A stretch of DNA of 64,000 nucleotides from Owenia fusiformis (GCA_903813345.2 CAIIXF020000001.1:45198001-45262000), one strand, 5' to 3'. Positions 38,501 to 53,300 are shown, counted from the stretch's first letter. A program made the numbers and translations. Notes: generated by a model not told the origin, from the letters alone.

Positions 38501-41500
38501 CTTTTTCATCTCATATCGCACATTGATTGTTTGTTCTTCAAACATACACATTTTTAAGCTAATTGCTGTTTTAATTATGTTTAGGCAAAGTGGATCGGCT
38601 ATCATTTTGTGTCAATCTTTCACAATCTCTTATGTCTTTAAAAACAATTTTCGTAATGGTTTTTTTTTCAAGATGCAGATCCCAGATTTGGAATTCTTTC
38701 AGTTGGCATAAAGTTCATTGTAATCCCTGGAGAGGCATCAGGGTTTCATCTTCTCGCAAAAAGTGTCATGTGAAAGATTTCAAAGAATGTTTGGTAAACA
38801 CAGGGTGTTTGTATGTTATACAGTGGGTCTATAGGGTGATGCTAGCCTCAAAACATACTGTCATAGCCTTAATTATTTAGCCATGTTCATGCAGAACTTC
38901 TGTAAGTTTTACACCAACATTGTCAGGTTGGCTTATGCAGGTTGGAGAGTTTAGAAATTCCACTTATTGTTTTGCAATACGATCCTTTTGCTTTTTGTAA
39001 AAATATACAAGATGAATGTGAAATCATCAAGTTAACTAGAAAAAGTGACTATTAAATAAGCTGTCAGATGTTGGTAGATATTTCCTCAAAGATGAAACAG
39101 ATCCCTCTAAAAGCCAAGTAGATTTACATGTAAAACTTCCAAACAATTGTAAGAAAAAGCAAAGTGCATACATATTTCTAAAACTTCATAAACACAGAGC
39201 ATGGACACTTTATAGACACTTAAAATTGAAATCTTGGATTTTTGAGACTCTGTTTTCCGTTTGATAGACAGGTCTGTAGAGCCAGCCAACCAGTAAAAAG
39301 ATCAGATTCCAAGATCTCGAGCAAGTGGTATGTTTACCACCTTGTACATGAGTTAGGAACACACATACACAAGCAGTGCTCTTGTTAGAGTTGAACTAAG
39401 GACAGGTTTAAACAATCTTTGGACACTTTAAGCAAATCAGATTGATTTTCTACCTGATTTGATAATTTGATACATGAGTGAACATTTTATATCGCCACCT
39501 TTAATTAGCAGAGAGGGAAACTATTGTCTTCATCAGGTGAAATTAAGTTAAAGATCTCTTACGCAGAATGGTGATGAAGGTAAGATAGTGTTTCATTTCA
39601 ATTCTCAAAATTGTCAAAAAACTTTGAAATTATTGTTATGATCATTGCTCGGATAGAATTTGTATTATTTTACAATGAATAAAATTAAATCAATATTTAA
39701 AGATGTAGCATCATATGGGTATGGGTATTAGGATGAAAGATAAAAGATAATAGCTGTAACATTTTATTTCTATATTCTTCTCTTACTAATTGATTATCCA
39801 CCAGTTATTATCAACTAATGTATCTAAACAGCCAGGTTCTTCAATTCCTTGCTACTTTGATGTTTTCATTATTGATGTCTTTCTGCACTTTTATATTATC
39901 TTTTAATATGATTGGTTCATTTGTGATATTAAGAACTACATCGGATGATTTCATTGGTTGCATGTCTTTATTGACATTCATCAAACATTTCTTGTTCGTT
40001 TTTATGCTTATATTGGTGTTCTATTGTCTTTTGTATGCTACATGAGAATTAAAGCTGTTAGTGGCTTAACGTATAATGCTTGATTATAATTTTCATTGTG
40101 TGTTTAACATTAATGAAGGATTTATTGACAATGAGCAGTTTATGTTAGATTTGAAACAATTTACATGGGGTTAGGCTAGTTGTTATTATGGGATTGACTC
40201 GGATTTATTATTAACTGATCTCTGAGTTTTTCAAACACTTTGCTGCTTTAGAGATCTTATCTGTGTAGAATTTACTAGGTTTTTTAACCCGATACTCCAT
40301 GCATTAGACTGAAGAATTCTGGGGTTTCTTTTTAAAATGGGCCATTTATCTGTATTCGGTGTCATGTCAAAGTCTTGATGGTGGAATATATGGGAAACAA
40401 GAATAGCAGTTGGTCATGGATGGTTGATTTGTGTCAGACATAGCAACCGTTTGACCACATTTTGTGACACTTTGTGGCAGATTCAAAACATGTTTTTATG
40501 AGATATCATGTATAAGCTGTATAATTTAATGCTCATATAAATGATGTCGAATTTGATGCTATCTAGTTTATTTCCAAGTAACTATTCTTCTGGGCTTTTG
40601 ATTGATCTGTTACCAGGCAACACAATTCTTGTTTCTACTCCCTGCTGGATCCAATTATTCCATTACACCCCCTATAATCCCTGCAATTAATCTTAAACCA
40701 GATAGCCCTGAAGTTTTTTAAACTCTATCCATTTCAAAGTGTTACTTTTTAATTGTATGTCACGATCCTTAAATGTTCATCTTCATCAAATTCTAAATGG
40801 TTCAATGCAATATGACGTTGTAGGTGGCTGATACATTAGATTACATGTATGTATCTGATGAATTAAGTATTCGGTCGATTAAGTGCTTCATGTTTTTCTA
40901 TGCTAATCACTAGTACACAAATTGAAACATTTGCATTACACAAGACAGGTAGGACTGAAGCATCGGAAATGAATCTATATCGTTAGGGCGTAGATTGATT
41001 TAATTATGACATAACGAAGACACTGAAAAGGTAGATTAATCTAAGGCTGACCAGTAATTAGAATAAATAAATTGCTCTATGGAAGGTATATTTGCTAAGC
41101 TTTTAAAGGATGATATTAAGAGCTGTAATTTTGCCGCAACCAACTGACAGTGAGCGAAGAGTTCCCACAAGCGAGTGCCATTTTGCGTCCATCACGGATA
41201 TGGCAAAGATCTATAATATCACATCCCATTGGCTGCTAGGCCTTCTTAAAGTGCCTTCGTAATCAACTAAGATTAATGAGTCTTGCCTTTGTAGATTAGA
41301 TTTTTCAATTGTTTTAGTATTATGATAGTCCATCTATCATTTAGATGGTTAAGTCAACTTACAGATGTCATCAATAACCAGTCAATTCTCACACTCAATT
41401 CAGCGAATTACGAAAAAACATCGAATTATGAAAAAGCATTGTCGATATTGATGTCCTGAACTTCAGTGTTGTCTAAATACGCTCTATTGTACAACCAAAG

Positions 41501-44500
41501 CACCCCTCAATTGTTCAAACAATTGAAATAAAAACTAAAGTTAGCATTGAGTAAAATTGTAATGAATCAAATAAAGAATGAAAGCAAGATTTTATTGTCA
41601 TAATAAGAGGTAAAAGTTTTCTCTAATTAATGCGGCAGATGTTAAGAGAGAGAACAAGTTGATAATAGCCATCGCTAGAAGTTTCAAAGATAGGGTTATG
41701 ATACTGATTCAAAGAATTCTCTACTAAACTGTCTCTGAGACGCGGTTACATGCTTCAGGAAGACACTAGCGCTGAATTAATATCCTGCATTTATAAAGCT
41801 AAGCAGAGGAGATTCACAACTTCATTAAGCTGCCAAAGGGAATCACCCGCCGCTCTTTTGAGAATCCTATTGGTGATGTGACTTGTAATGTTTTTTCGTG
41901 GATTAGAGTTCTATGAAGATTTGAATTGATGACTCTGTTCTCTGTGAGAGGCATAGATATTGATAGATTAATCACATTTAAGATGGCATCTTCAACAACG
42001 CACAGATCAATAGTTTAATTGATATCTTATGAGCATAATTTCTGTCTAAGCCAAGTAATAAATCATTTCTTTAAGACGTGTTTTCAATAAAAGCAAGTGT
42101 GCATAGTTGCCGGCTAGAGCAGTTTTAAGAGGGGCCACCAGTAAGGAGTTGAGATTCAAGCCCTAATCAACATTAACATAACTGGCCAGAGGTAATTAAA
42201 ATCACATTTATTTATTGTTTATATATTAATTTATTTATTTATGTATTGACTTTTGCAGGTGTATATGATTTTGATTTATTGTTTTTTAGAAACAAAATAA
42301 ATATTTCAATTCATTAAACAAAGTTCAACTTTTTAGAAAATGTTTTGTTAAAAGATTTCAAAGTGTAGAAATTACATACTGAGATGTCACATAAATGTGC
42401 AAATAAAAATAAACAGTTAGAATAGAAGATTTAAAGCTTAGGGCAAAGGTGAACATGTCAGCGGATTAACCTAGGATTATATATACACACAGAAGTTGAC
42501 AGGATTTTTTACCTGACACTTTGTTGAGTCAAGATCTTTAGCTTAGGCACGGAGAATAAATTGTGTGATAAAGAATTAAAAATTGACATTCCTAATTGAT
42601 AATAATCATAATCTTTTTTTATATAGTTCTGTAAAAAATTGCCAAAGGATTATGGTTTCATTTATTTAGATGATAAAATATTAAGATAAGATATTACATT
42701 TTAAGTATTCATTTTTAATATACATGTTTACATGTTGTATATTTAGCTGATATGTATGTTTGCCATTTAGGTTAAAAGTTTAAAATTATCACACGCTCTC
42801 AGGGTCTTTGCCCTCCCCAAGCTGGCCTCTGTATTTTGCATGCAAAACATCAACAAGATAACTGTTAAATACAAATTGATTAACATGAACACACGGCTCC
42901 TAATTAAATACAAGGGAAAGATCCTCCTTATGGGGTTGAAGTTGCATGTTGAAGACAGCGCATGTATAATTGATAAAGCTTTGGAGATATTTCAAAAAGT
43001 ATGGATACAAGCGTAATTAGTGGAAGGCATGTTTTACAATGTTTCCGGGCTGAGATGGCAAGTCATCAATGTTTAATACTGTTGTTGAAGAGTGATGGGC
43101 CGAGTACTATCTCTAGAGATTCCAGTTGTATGGTGAATTTGTCTGTTATTATCTTCTTGCATGTGTGCCGCAATGTATATGGTGATCTCATGGCATTAAA
43201 ATTATACCCTGACGCCAAAACCTGATCCAACATTTATGATTTCTTTCGTTAATTAAATAATATTTTTGATTGATAGTCTCAAAGCGAGATATATGAATCC
43301 TTATGTAATATATCTGCCCTTTCAGGTGACAGAGGTTGAAACAATATAGTATAATTGCTTCGTAGAAATGATAGATATCATTGGTACTGTGATGATGATA
43401 TAATGAGATTTCTTATTAGATATGTACTGTATCTACATTAGTTCATTAGTAAGAAGGCCAAAGGCAAGATTCTGACTTCCATCAAATTCAAAGACTAGAA
43501 TGAAATCATCAATTGATATTTTTATTGATTATAAATATTAATAGATTTTTATCTTAGGGATGAAAAAGTAACTTTTACTTTTATCTCCGCATGTTGGGGG
43601 ATACTAGACTGTCCAACAGTGTTCACCATGTGACATCTCGTTACTGTTAGACACCCCCTCCCCCTTAATGCCACACCACACCCCTACAGAGATTCACCCC
43701 ACCTCCTGAAGTGCCAAAATATCATCAAAAAATAAATGTAAACAATACAGTTAATTTTTAAGAAAATCCAGGGTAATTAAGGTCTTCATATAGAAATGTT
43801 AAACACAGTTAATTCTATTGGGCTAATAACAATTAGGAATGTTCAGATCTGACAGTTACTGAGGCAGGTTATTATTCTAGTGAGTTATAATTTCTAATTG
43901 TTGAAAAGTTTTAATACCCCACTTGGAATTAAGTTGATTTTGTTCTTTATCTGCTAAGTCAATATCCAGGGGGAAGTTTTTGCAACACACAGGAAGATGG
44001 TATCAAGAAATCTTAAGAAGTCCATCAAAGTAAATATAAACATTTCTGTTTGTTAGTCCATGAACTAAATAATAAATAAACCCTTTATGAGTATCAGGGC
44101 TAAATGTATGAAAGTTTTCATTTGGAATTCAATTCATATAGTGTTTAATGACCAGTCATTTCAGAGATGAGTTACCTTGTAAAAGATGACCTTTAGGCTG
44201 ACCTCTATTTGGGGTGTATGGTCAGAATATCCCATAAATTGCCCATAATTCATTAAACACTCATATATTTACTTGTGCAGCCAGGTATGATAATGGATGA
44301 CAGAGGGAACATCCCATTTCTTTTACTGTTATGCATTAACTAGACAGTTCATAATAATGACAGGTTTCACTGATTTAATGCCTACTCTTATTAAATATTT
44401 CAAGTCACAAAAATTCTTCTTTATGAACATCATAAGCTACTATACTTCATAACAGTAAATGTGACATAACAGAACTATAATGTTAAAACAAACTTTGATG

Positions 44501-47500
44501 TTACGGGCTTAATTAACCAATTTAGTATTGCATGGTTAAAATTGGATATAACATGAAAATGGTTTTTGGGAAAATGACTGGTAAAATGCCACTAAGTTGG
44601 ATAATGATAATGAGTTAATAACTGTGAAAGTAGCTAGACTTGTGCCAAGTGTTCTGATTGGTTAGGAAAATGCCGCAAATAAGCTGCTTTACTAGTTGAG
44701 ACACCTGTAGAATTTTAGACACTGCCTTATTGGCTTGCCTCATGAATATTCATGCTTAATTAGCATAGTTTAGTATTGTATCTATTACATGAATACAGCA
44801 GTTCCAAAAGACATTAGTATCATATGACCTTTGAGGCAACATCATTGAAGGCTTCTCTAGCGGCAGATGACATTGTCTACTCTCTATAGGAATGCTTTTT
44901 ATCTGATGTACATGCGCTTTACATTAATAGACAATCACTATTCTGTATGACGCTTAATTAAAAATTCTTGGAGGGAAAATTGAAAAAAGACTTCAACAGT
45001 CAGAGACAGGACAGGATTGTGCAGGTAAATATATAATAGTTTTGTTGTTTCTGTTAGGATCTTTTTAACAAATGCAATAAGACGGAATAAAATAGCGAAC
45101 ATTATGATGCTGGATGACTATAGCTTTATAGAAACAGGTAAGGGTTTTAGAGATTTAAGAAGATTTTCTCATATTTTTATATTTAGGATATGAGTCATTT
45201 AGGTGCAAAATAACCTGCTAATAATAATAGGTTGCATTCAAATGTCATTTCGAACTTAAATATTTTGAGCTTTGTAGTTTTTACACAATTATAGTTAAGA
45301 GTAGTTTTGTGGTATTATAGTTTTAAAATAGTTGCTATATATAAATGCTTCAAAAATATTTGAAATGCTATTATGCGTTGTTTTATTTGTTTTGTAAATA
45401 ATGTTTAAATTATTAAAATATATCAAGAAATATGCTTTACTATTTTATTCCAAAATTATTGGTTCTAAAAATATTTTGAAAATATATAAAAAAGTATCAT
45501 TAAATGATTATATCAAGAAATACTGTAAGACATCAGATTATTTGATTTTGTAATTTAAAAGATTAACTTAGATAATTAAAAAAGCTGGTAACTGTTGTTA
45601 ATAATTGAGCTGCAACATGTTAATTAATGTAACTTAGGGATATCTAATCATCCAAGTCAACCATTTATAACATTATAAAATGGCATGTAGCGTGGAAAGT
45701 TTCATTTAAAAAACATTGTCTGTTATAATCAGCCACATGTTACCATAATTGTCAGATTTCAAATTTTGATCCGATATTTAATGTTTACATTTCCCATTAA
45801 TTCATAAAAATGCCATCTTTATCTGTTATAAGTCATACAAATTTTCTATCTGTAATTTCAAATTTAAGTTTTTGTGATGTGAGATTAGATTAGGGTAATC
45901 TGGCGTCAGTGGCACTGTTTTTTGTTGAGGGGTAATCCGGGAGCTGCGTGGCATTAGGGCGGGGTGGAGTGATATATCGTTAGGTGATGGCATAGTTGTC
46001 AATGATGATCTAAGCAAGCATTGTTTCCCTGCAGTACCACCTGCCTAGCTTGGCCATATCATCCCTGGCCCAATCCCCGTCTTTTTATCCTCTTCCCGCT
46101 TCATTTCAGACACTCTCTTCCTGTTGCTATAGCAACCCTGCTCATGCTATTGTCAAAAATCCCAAGACCGTTGAGTATTGTCTTCATGTAATTTGCATTC
46201 ATGAAAAAATATTAATTGTTAAAGCATTCTTTGAATAGGCTGTTATCAGTATGAGATATAAATTGTTAATAGATAATTTTGTGGTTGTACTGCAGATGTG
46301 CGACTGCCATTGTTTTAATTCACCCAGAATCAACAGGGTGTTTTAATGACTCCAAAGTCGTTACTTGACAAGAGGGGAATAATTTCAAAAAAGTAAAAAG
46401 AGAGAACATTGTTTTAAAAAATCTGTTTTTTCAACCCAAATTATTTATTAATTATAGCAGGTGATGTATTATAACTTTTGTCATTTGTGCTCAACTTTCA
46501 GATCGATAAAATTTCAGATTTCAAGTGGATTTGGTTGAAATACCTGCTTGCTTAACTATCATGTAGGTGTTCCCATTACATGCCCTTAGGAAGTACAATT
46601 TCTATACTTATACAAATAAACCCTACTAAAGACATGATTAAAAGGTCTAAAAGTGTAAAGATTTTTTAATACTTTTTGAGTTATTTGATTGGCAGAACTT
46701 AAATAAGATAAAGCGTAAAGAAGCCAAGTAGTGACACTATTGAATCTCTGACACCTCCTAAGTATGTATCTTTATTTTTATATCTGTATGCATTTAAGTG
46801 TCTTTTGTGCCACTGAATCAAATAGAAAAAAACTTTTGATAAGTCATAGAAAGAAAAGTTTCACTAAAGAAGAGTGCGAGATTTAGAAGTTTATTAATTA
46901 TCCGTTGCTGCGGTATTATTCTGTCTTAAGTTGTTTCCCATGTATCTACCTTCGCTATAAGAGAACCTATCTCCGTATCAGGAAGCCACTATATTGAATT
47001 TATCACAAAAATTAAAGATATATCTTTTACTATTATCCTGACAGTGAAAGTAATTCACAGAGCATTGACTACCTTAGCGTGGGGCAGCCTAAATGAGGGG
47101 AAACTATCACAGATAATTGATAATTATAGACTTCAGAAAGCCAATAAATAGTCCCTATATCACAATGATAGTAAAGAAGAAAATCAGATAATAATACATA
47201 AAACTGACATTCTGATTTTCGCTGACAATCTTAAGTAGCGTGTTATTGTATGAAGTGATGCATTGTATTATGGGATAGGACTTGATTGTCGGGGCTAATT
47301 AGATTTCGATGTTTCTGCTTGAATTATAGGCTGTGTTATGATAGTTCTTTGAATGATCTTCCATTACGTCTTTCCTGGTTTCATGATATTTGAGAAAAGT
47401 TGGTAGTTTAATCATGTTCTGCATGCAACCCTTTTACTTATTCCTCACCTTGTGTTTTAACCATCCATCTATGTCTCGTAGAAATGGTAATTAATATACA

Positions 47501-48385
47501 AGGTGAAAACACAAAGTCTCGTTTTATAATTTACTGAGATCGGGCATGTAACTGATGCCTTATAGCGGGGCAATAGATCCTCGCAGAACTGAGATATAAA
47601 TGCATGTCTATTGTCAGCTCAGGAAATGCTCATAATTATCATATGGCAACTTCTTCTACAGATTCATAAAGAAATAAAAAGGTGAACTTTTCCAATCAAA
47701 ATTGTCATCTTGGCTATTGAGTTATTTTCTATGATCACTTCCTGCAATCTGATGATGCATACATCATGCACTGATTGTTCCACATATAAATTCTACATTT
47801 AGTACGAAAATGCACTCAGTATTAATTTGAATCAAGAGAGCAAAGTGAAAGGACTGGTTATAGCATGTGAGCTGTGGCTACACACTTGGAATTAAACTCT
47901 ATACAAAAGTTTATTTTACTTTTAAAGGTGAGAAAATTATTGAACAGATCAGATGAAACTGTTGTCTTTATACTATAGATAAATGAAGTTATTATGATAT
48001 ATGTTGTTGTGTTAGAGGGATAGATTGAAGATGTTATTTTAGGTTGTATCTCTTGTATATAAGAGTCGCTGGGACTTCTAGCCCCAAGACATGACAGGAA
48101 GATCCACTGATTTCAACAAACATTGGGACGACCAAAACATAACAGTTTAACACTAGATAATTATCTACGATATTGACGAAAGGATTCTTACAATAATGCC
48201 AGTGTGTTTGCATTCATTGATTAGATATGTTTCAGTATTTGTCTGGCTGGGATGTCACGGATTCTTTATCTGAAGCTATTGATCTACAAACTTAAACAAT
48301 ACCTGAACATTACCCGTGACAATACTTCGACTTTTTCCTACATGATAAAATGACTAATCAACTTTCTCCTCTCGTATGCTTTCAG

Positions 48386-48520
48386 TTGGTAGATAGTTTT
48401 GGTAAAGTAAAGGGTTGGATCGACGCAAGTGAACCGGGGAGCGGAAATTGGATGAAATACGTGAGATCTGCCCCAGATCCAGCACAACAGAACATCATGG
48501 CAGTGCAAGTTGATGACCAG
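48386..48520 (+). CDS. Prdm3/16: Coding exon 3, PR/SET domain core
   Basis: Acceptor ctttcag|TTG, donor GACCAG|gtaaat; 135 nt. Encodes LVDSFGKVKGWIDASEPGSGNWMKYVRSAPDPAQQNIMAVQVDDQ, with the PR-domain NWM-Y-R motif. Confidence 0.95.
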
Positions 48521-51500
48521 GTAAATATGACTTAATTAGCAAGAATTTCTTCACTTGAAAAATCACCTAGTATGCCCTTATGCAGTTATGTGGTTTCCCG
48601 GTGAAAAAGTAATTTATACCTTTAATGCACTTGTATCTCCCCTTATGTACTTATGCTTTTTCTACATGTCATATTTTAATGATTTGTAAGATTTCTGGTT
48701 TGAATGTATAGATTACACATTGATTTGTGATAGGAGTTTAAGGTTAACTTCATCACCAAACTCTTTAAGGAAAAATTAAAAGGAATTCAGTTAGTCAGGA
48801 AATTAACAATTATAATGAAGGGTATTTGAGTAAAAGAAACATTAATAGAGACACCGGAATCATGAATAGATTTTTGCTGAAGCTATTTAACTTTGACTAT
48901 TGACTTGTAGTTCGGTAACCATCATTTTGATACCTGGTTGTCATGGCAACAAAAGTGATATTGTTTGAGAAAGCTGGCAGATTTCAGGCAATCTCTGGTA
49001 TCAATGGATGGTTCGATACATCGGTTTATGATTCAGGCTCCTTCAAATAGTCACTTAGTAAACGAATCAATCTTCAATTTTAATCCCATTTCCTTTGGGT
49101 CCCATCAGTAGCTAGTCAGGATATGACATTCTTTTTACACGTTGATTGCAAGTGGAGAACTTCGTCCCTCATCCTCAATGATGAAAATCTGACACCCGAA
49201 CATTTCCTTAATTATTGTACATACTGTAATTGCGTTGGATATGTATGAAAGCAACTTTAAAATTGATGGGATTCATTGACACTCATCGGTGACATTAATT
49301 AAAACTGTACCTCATTCAGGAAGTTTTTCTTGGGAAGAAACATAGTTGCAATAATAACAATTTCTGTTTGTTTAGAAAATTGTTAAAGTTAGGTGATTAT
49401 ATTTGGAGCCATCACTATACATCATCATTAGTATCTTGTATGGAGGAAGGAAATTGAATGCAATTTACTTGTCATTGAGTTCTACCTCAAAATTATCTAA
49501 TTTACTGAAAATTGTTATTCCACCAAATTTTGGTTACTTATTTTGTAAAACTGTAATTTATTACACAATTTGAATATTCAATTCTACAGTTTTTATTGGA
49601 TATTTGATTTTCCCATCGTCAATTTCTAAAGTCCATTTATGTATCAATTACCGACCTAATTAACCCTTCTCTTAGCCCATGATGATTTCTTTGATCCCGT
49701 TATTAACTAATATCTTTGATCTTCTTTGCATTAAAGTCCAGGTAAAGTCTTCAAGTTATGTATTGACATGATAAATATCATACAGAAGTTCAGAAGAAAT
49801 CAAACTGATCAGGATTAATTAATAACATATATTTATTTAATTGGTAGTAATCCTTAGTCTATGTTCTGGTTATAAATTATATACTTGGAAAGTGATGTTA
49901 TCTCTGCACTGTAGAATAGACTAAACTAATATCATCAAAGCTAGAAGAGCAAACTATTATCTATTAAAGTGATTAGCTGAATAGGCTCATCCCCATCAAG
50001 TGTCAATATGCAGCATTTATCCAATAAACAAATTAGATTATCCTTAGAACCCTTGGTATCTGAATACTTTCTAAATACTGGAATTTATTACATTTGACTC
50101 TTGAATTAAAGCATTTTTCATTATGTGAATGTATATTTTTCTTGATGATTTCGAAAGGCAAAGGGAAGCATCAAAATGTCACAAAATCAATTTAATTAAT
50201 TATAGAACTATAACGTCTTATCGTTTAAAACCATAATTCATAATAAAAAATTACTCATTTCTTTCTCGATTATTGCATGTTGTGGTTTAGTTGTCACACC
50301 TAATACTCAGTTATCATGTTATATCAGTAATCAGTAGTAAAACTGTGAGTTGGAAATGAACATCGCTGCCTTGTTGTCTCTCACATGACACTAATAGCGT
50401 GGGTATTACATGGGTATTACGTCAATTTTCGATCTCTCTAGACCAGGTATATAGAGCCTCATGAAGGTTTGGGACCACTTTATTAGGAACAAACTGTCAG
50501 TGGGTAATTTGATAATGATTGGAGATCATGACAATTGTGTTTTGCCTCTCTCTACATGGGATGTCCTTGCATGACTGGCCCAACAGTTTTAACCTTACCT
50601 TAAGTTTCATTCAGTCAATACTCAATCATCCCTTTCTCTAAAGAATCAAACATTTTCTTGCATTTTTTCTGTGGATAAGGACATGTTTTATGTAACACAT
50701 AAACATACTTGTTATATTTCTTATTCTATCAATTCAGTGGTGTTTTATGAAGAAAAACATTGAATCGCATGTTTAATTGTAGAGTGGCAGATAACTGAAA
50801 TTGCATGTATTTTCTAATTGAGGTGGCTCAGAGTTTGCCTTGTGTTTGTGTATTCCCATGATGTCAAGACAGGACTCTGTCTCAAACAATCAACAACCAC
50901 TTTGGACAGTAAATGCTCACTGAGCGTGGGAGAGTTTTTTTTCATAGGATTGTTTTCACTTTTCTGACATTGTTTGTGCTTATTAAGGGTAATTCGATGA
51001 AAATCCAATTTTGTTTTGTATATAAGATTCATGGGATTCATTTCCTGAAATATTGCATGATTTTAGTGTCACCATCCTTGTGTTCTGATTTAGGGGTTGG
51101 AGAGTTCATATCATTTCTTGGAGGTTTTATATTATGTTTGCTCCAATAAAAGACAAAGGTTTGATGTTAGAGTGTTTTATTTGATATGAAGCATGTAATT
51201 AAAAGTGGTGTGTAATCCGCCATATGGTTTGCTAACTAACCAATCAGTGTCTGCGTAAAGACACTTGAGATATGTAGAGGGTATCTTTGGTAACAGGTAC
51301 ACCTTTGATGTTCTTGTCAATCCGAGGTAATTAATACACCAGCTACACCTTAAACAATACATAATCAATTATCGCATTTTGTTGAACATCCAAATAAGAA
51401 AATCACAGTCATTAATCAAAAGGTTCAAACAGAAAATCAACTCCAGAAATCAATATCTTGTCTTTATGGAAAGCGTTGATTTTTTGGTGTAGATTTAAAG

Positions 51501-53182
51501 TTTGAAGTGTCCTGTTGTTTTTTGGTCCTCTTTACCAGCATGCTAACACCTTGCTAGACAGTGGGACCCATATGTCTGCAGTAAACATCAAACAACACAA
51601 CTGTTTAATTAATTAACTGTTACCTCCCAACATGAGAGCCAATGTCATAGGGGGCTGTCCTGACTAAATATCTATTTTTTATGTACCTGACTCAGAACTG
51701 TCCACTGGTCATCGCAAATGGCTACCTTGACAAATTAACCAACATAAACTTCCCAGTCAACTATACATTTTATTTTTGTCAGTACAATAGGTAGGGCTCT
51801 TAACTGTTGTGGGAAAACCCACATGTTTAATTGATTTGATGGAATTGGATGCACTTGAAAGTAGTCACATAAAGTTTTATGAATGCTTGGTTATCTTATC
51901 TCTTTATTATGTGTATTTAATGGAGTAAACATTGAGATAAAAAAGTGGCCAATTTTTCGAGTGATTGCTGCTCAAAAGCTCAACTTCAATTGAATTAGCT
52001 ACTCTGTGTAAATAACATGTCATTTCAGGAGAATCTCATGTCATCAAAAAAACTTTGAGATCATCAATGAAAGTATACTTAACTAAGATGCAAAGGTGTT
52101 TTTGTGCGAGTGTCTGGTAATTCTCCTCTATCTGTTTTCTTATGAGACGTGGAATGTTTGGCAGAAGTTAAGGGGTGGAATGAAATTAGCATTAAGTCAG
52201 TCGTGCCTGAACCACATATACCTGATAAATAATCATTTTCCTTTAATGTCTCTTTTCATTAAAGTAAAAGTGTCATCAAAATTGACTAAGATGACCAAAA
52301 GTTCATCACCTTTTGGCCTTTGAAAGGGACAAGGTGCTTCTATGGGACAATGCATAATAGAAAGCTGGCCCAAATAGATGAGCAATAATTTGTCCATTAG
52401 TGGCGGGTTGGGCGTGGCATGGGTCTTATTCTGGACTGACACCACATCCCATCTTATTGAGCCTCTATTATGCCACATTGTCTTCATGGTGCCCGCTGTA
52501 GCGTATACAGTTTCATAACTCACTGGTTATTCAGGAAAGTTGACACTTTTGTCTCCCATTCTCTCAAGACATTCATAGAAAATTGAATTTCTGGATAGTT
52601 AATGTCCCCAGATGGGACGATTCAATGGAACTCATCTTCAAGAATCTCTCAGTATTCTATTCAAACAATACAGGGATAAATTGATAAAATTTCACTTGTC
52701 ATTATTAAATTATTTCAAAGCCACTGGTGGTTGGCATGAAAATCAGAAGATTGAAAAATTATATAATTTAGTTCAAAAGAATTTTGACTTAGATTTAATA
52801 TATTATCTCAAAACAAGATTAATTTATTTTGATGAAAAATTATTATTTAATCTTATTTTCACCTGTGAGATTCACCTGTAATCAGTGGACGTGTCTCACA
52901 GGTAAGCCTGTGTGGAGACATGTTGAGGTGTCCTATTTAGCTCAGCAGGTCATAAGTGCTCATAATTACCAGATAACTGTTCATTGAATACACTAAAAGT
53001 GAAGCACAGGCCAGTCCAGTCAGTCAGTGGCTTGTGGTCAGGCAAACAGGCAAGTTAGATCTTAGGTCCTTAGGCTGGCACCTAGGTGCACATCAATTAG
53101 AATCAGCAATATTTCAAATCTGAAATCTGAATTAAAACATTTAGGAAATGCATTAATTGATGGTTTATTCTGTGTATCGCAG

Positions 53183-53300
53183 GTATTTTACAAGACAGTA
53201 AAGGACATTGAGCCAGGAGAGGAAATGTTGTTATACGCTAGAGACGCAGTATATCCTGAGAATGATCTCCACACCATGAAGGGGGCAACACTTGATGAAG
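53183..53300 (+). CDS. Prdm3/16: Coding exon 4, C-terminal part of the PR/SET domain
   Basis: Acceptor tcgcag|GTA, donor GAAG|gtaaga. Encodes VFYKTVKDIEPGEEMLLYARDAVYPENDLHTMKGATLDE. Confidence 0.93.
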
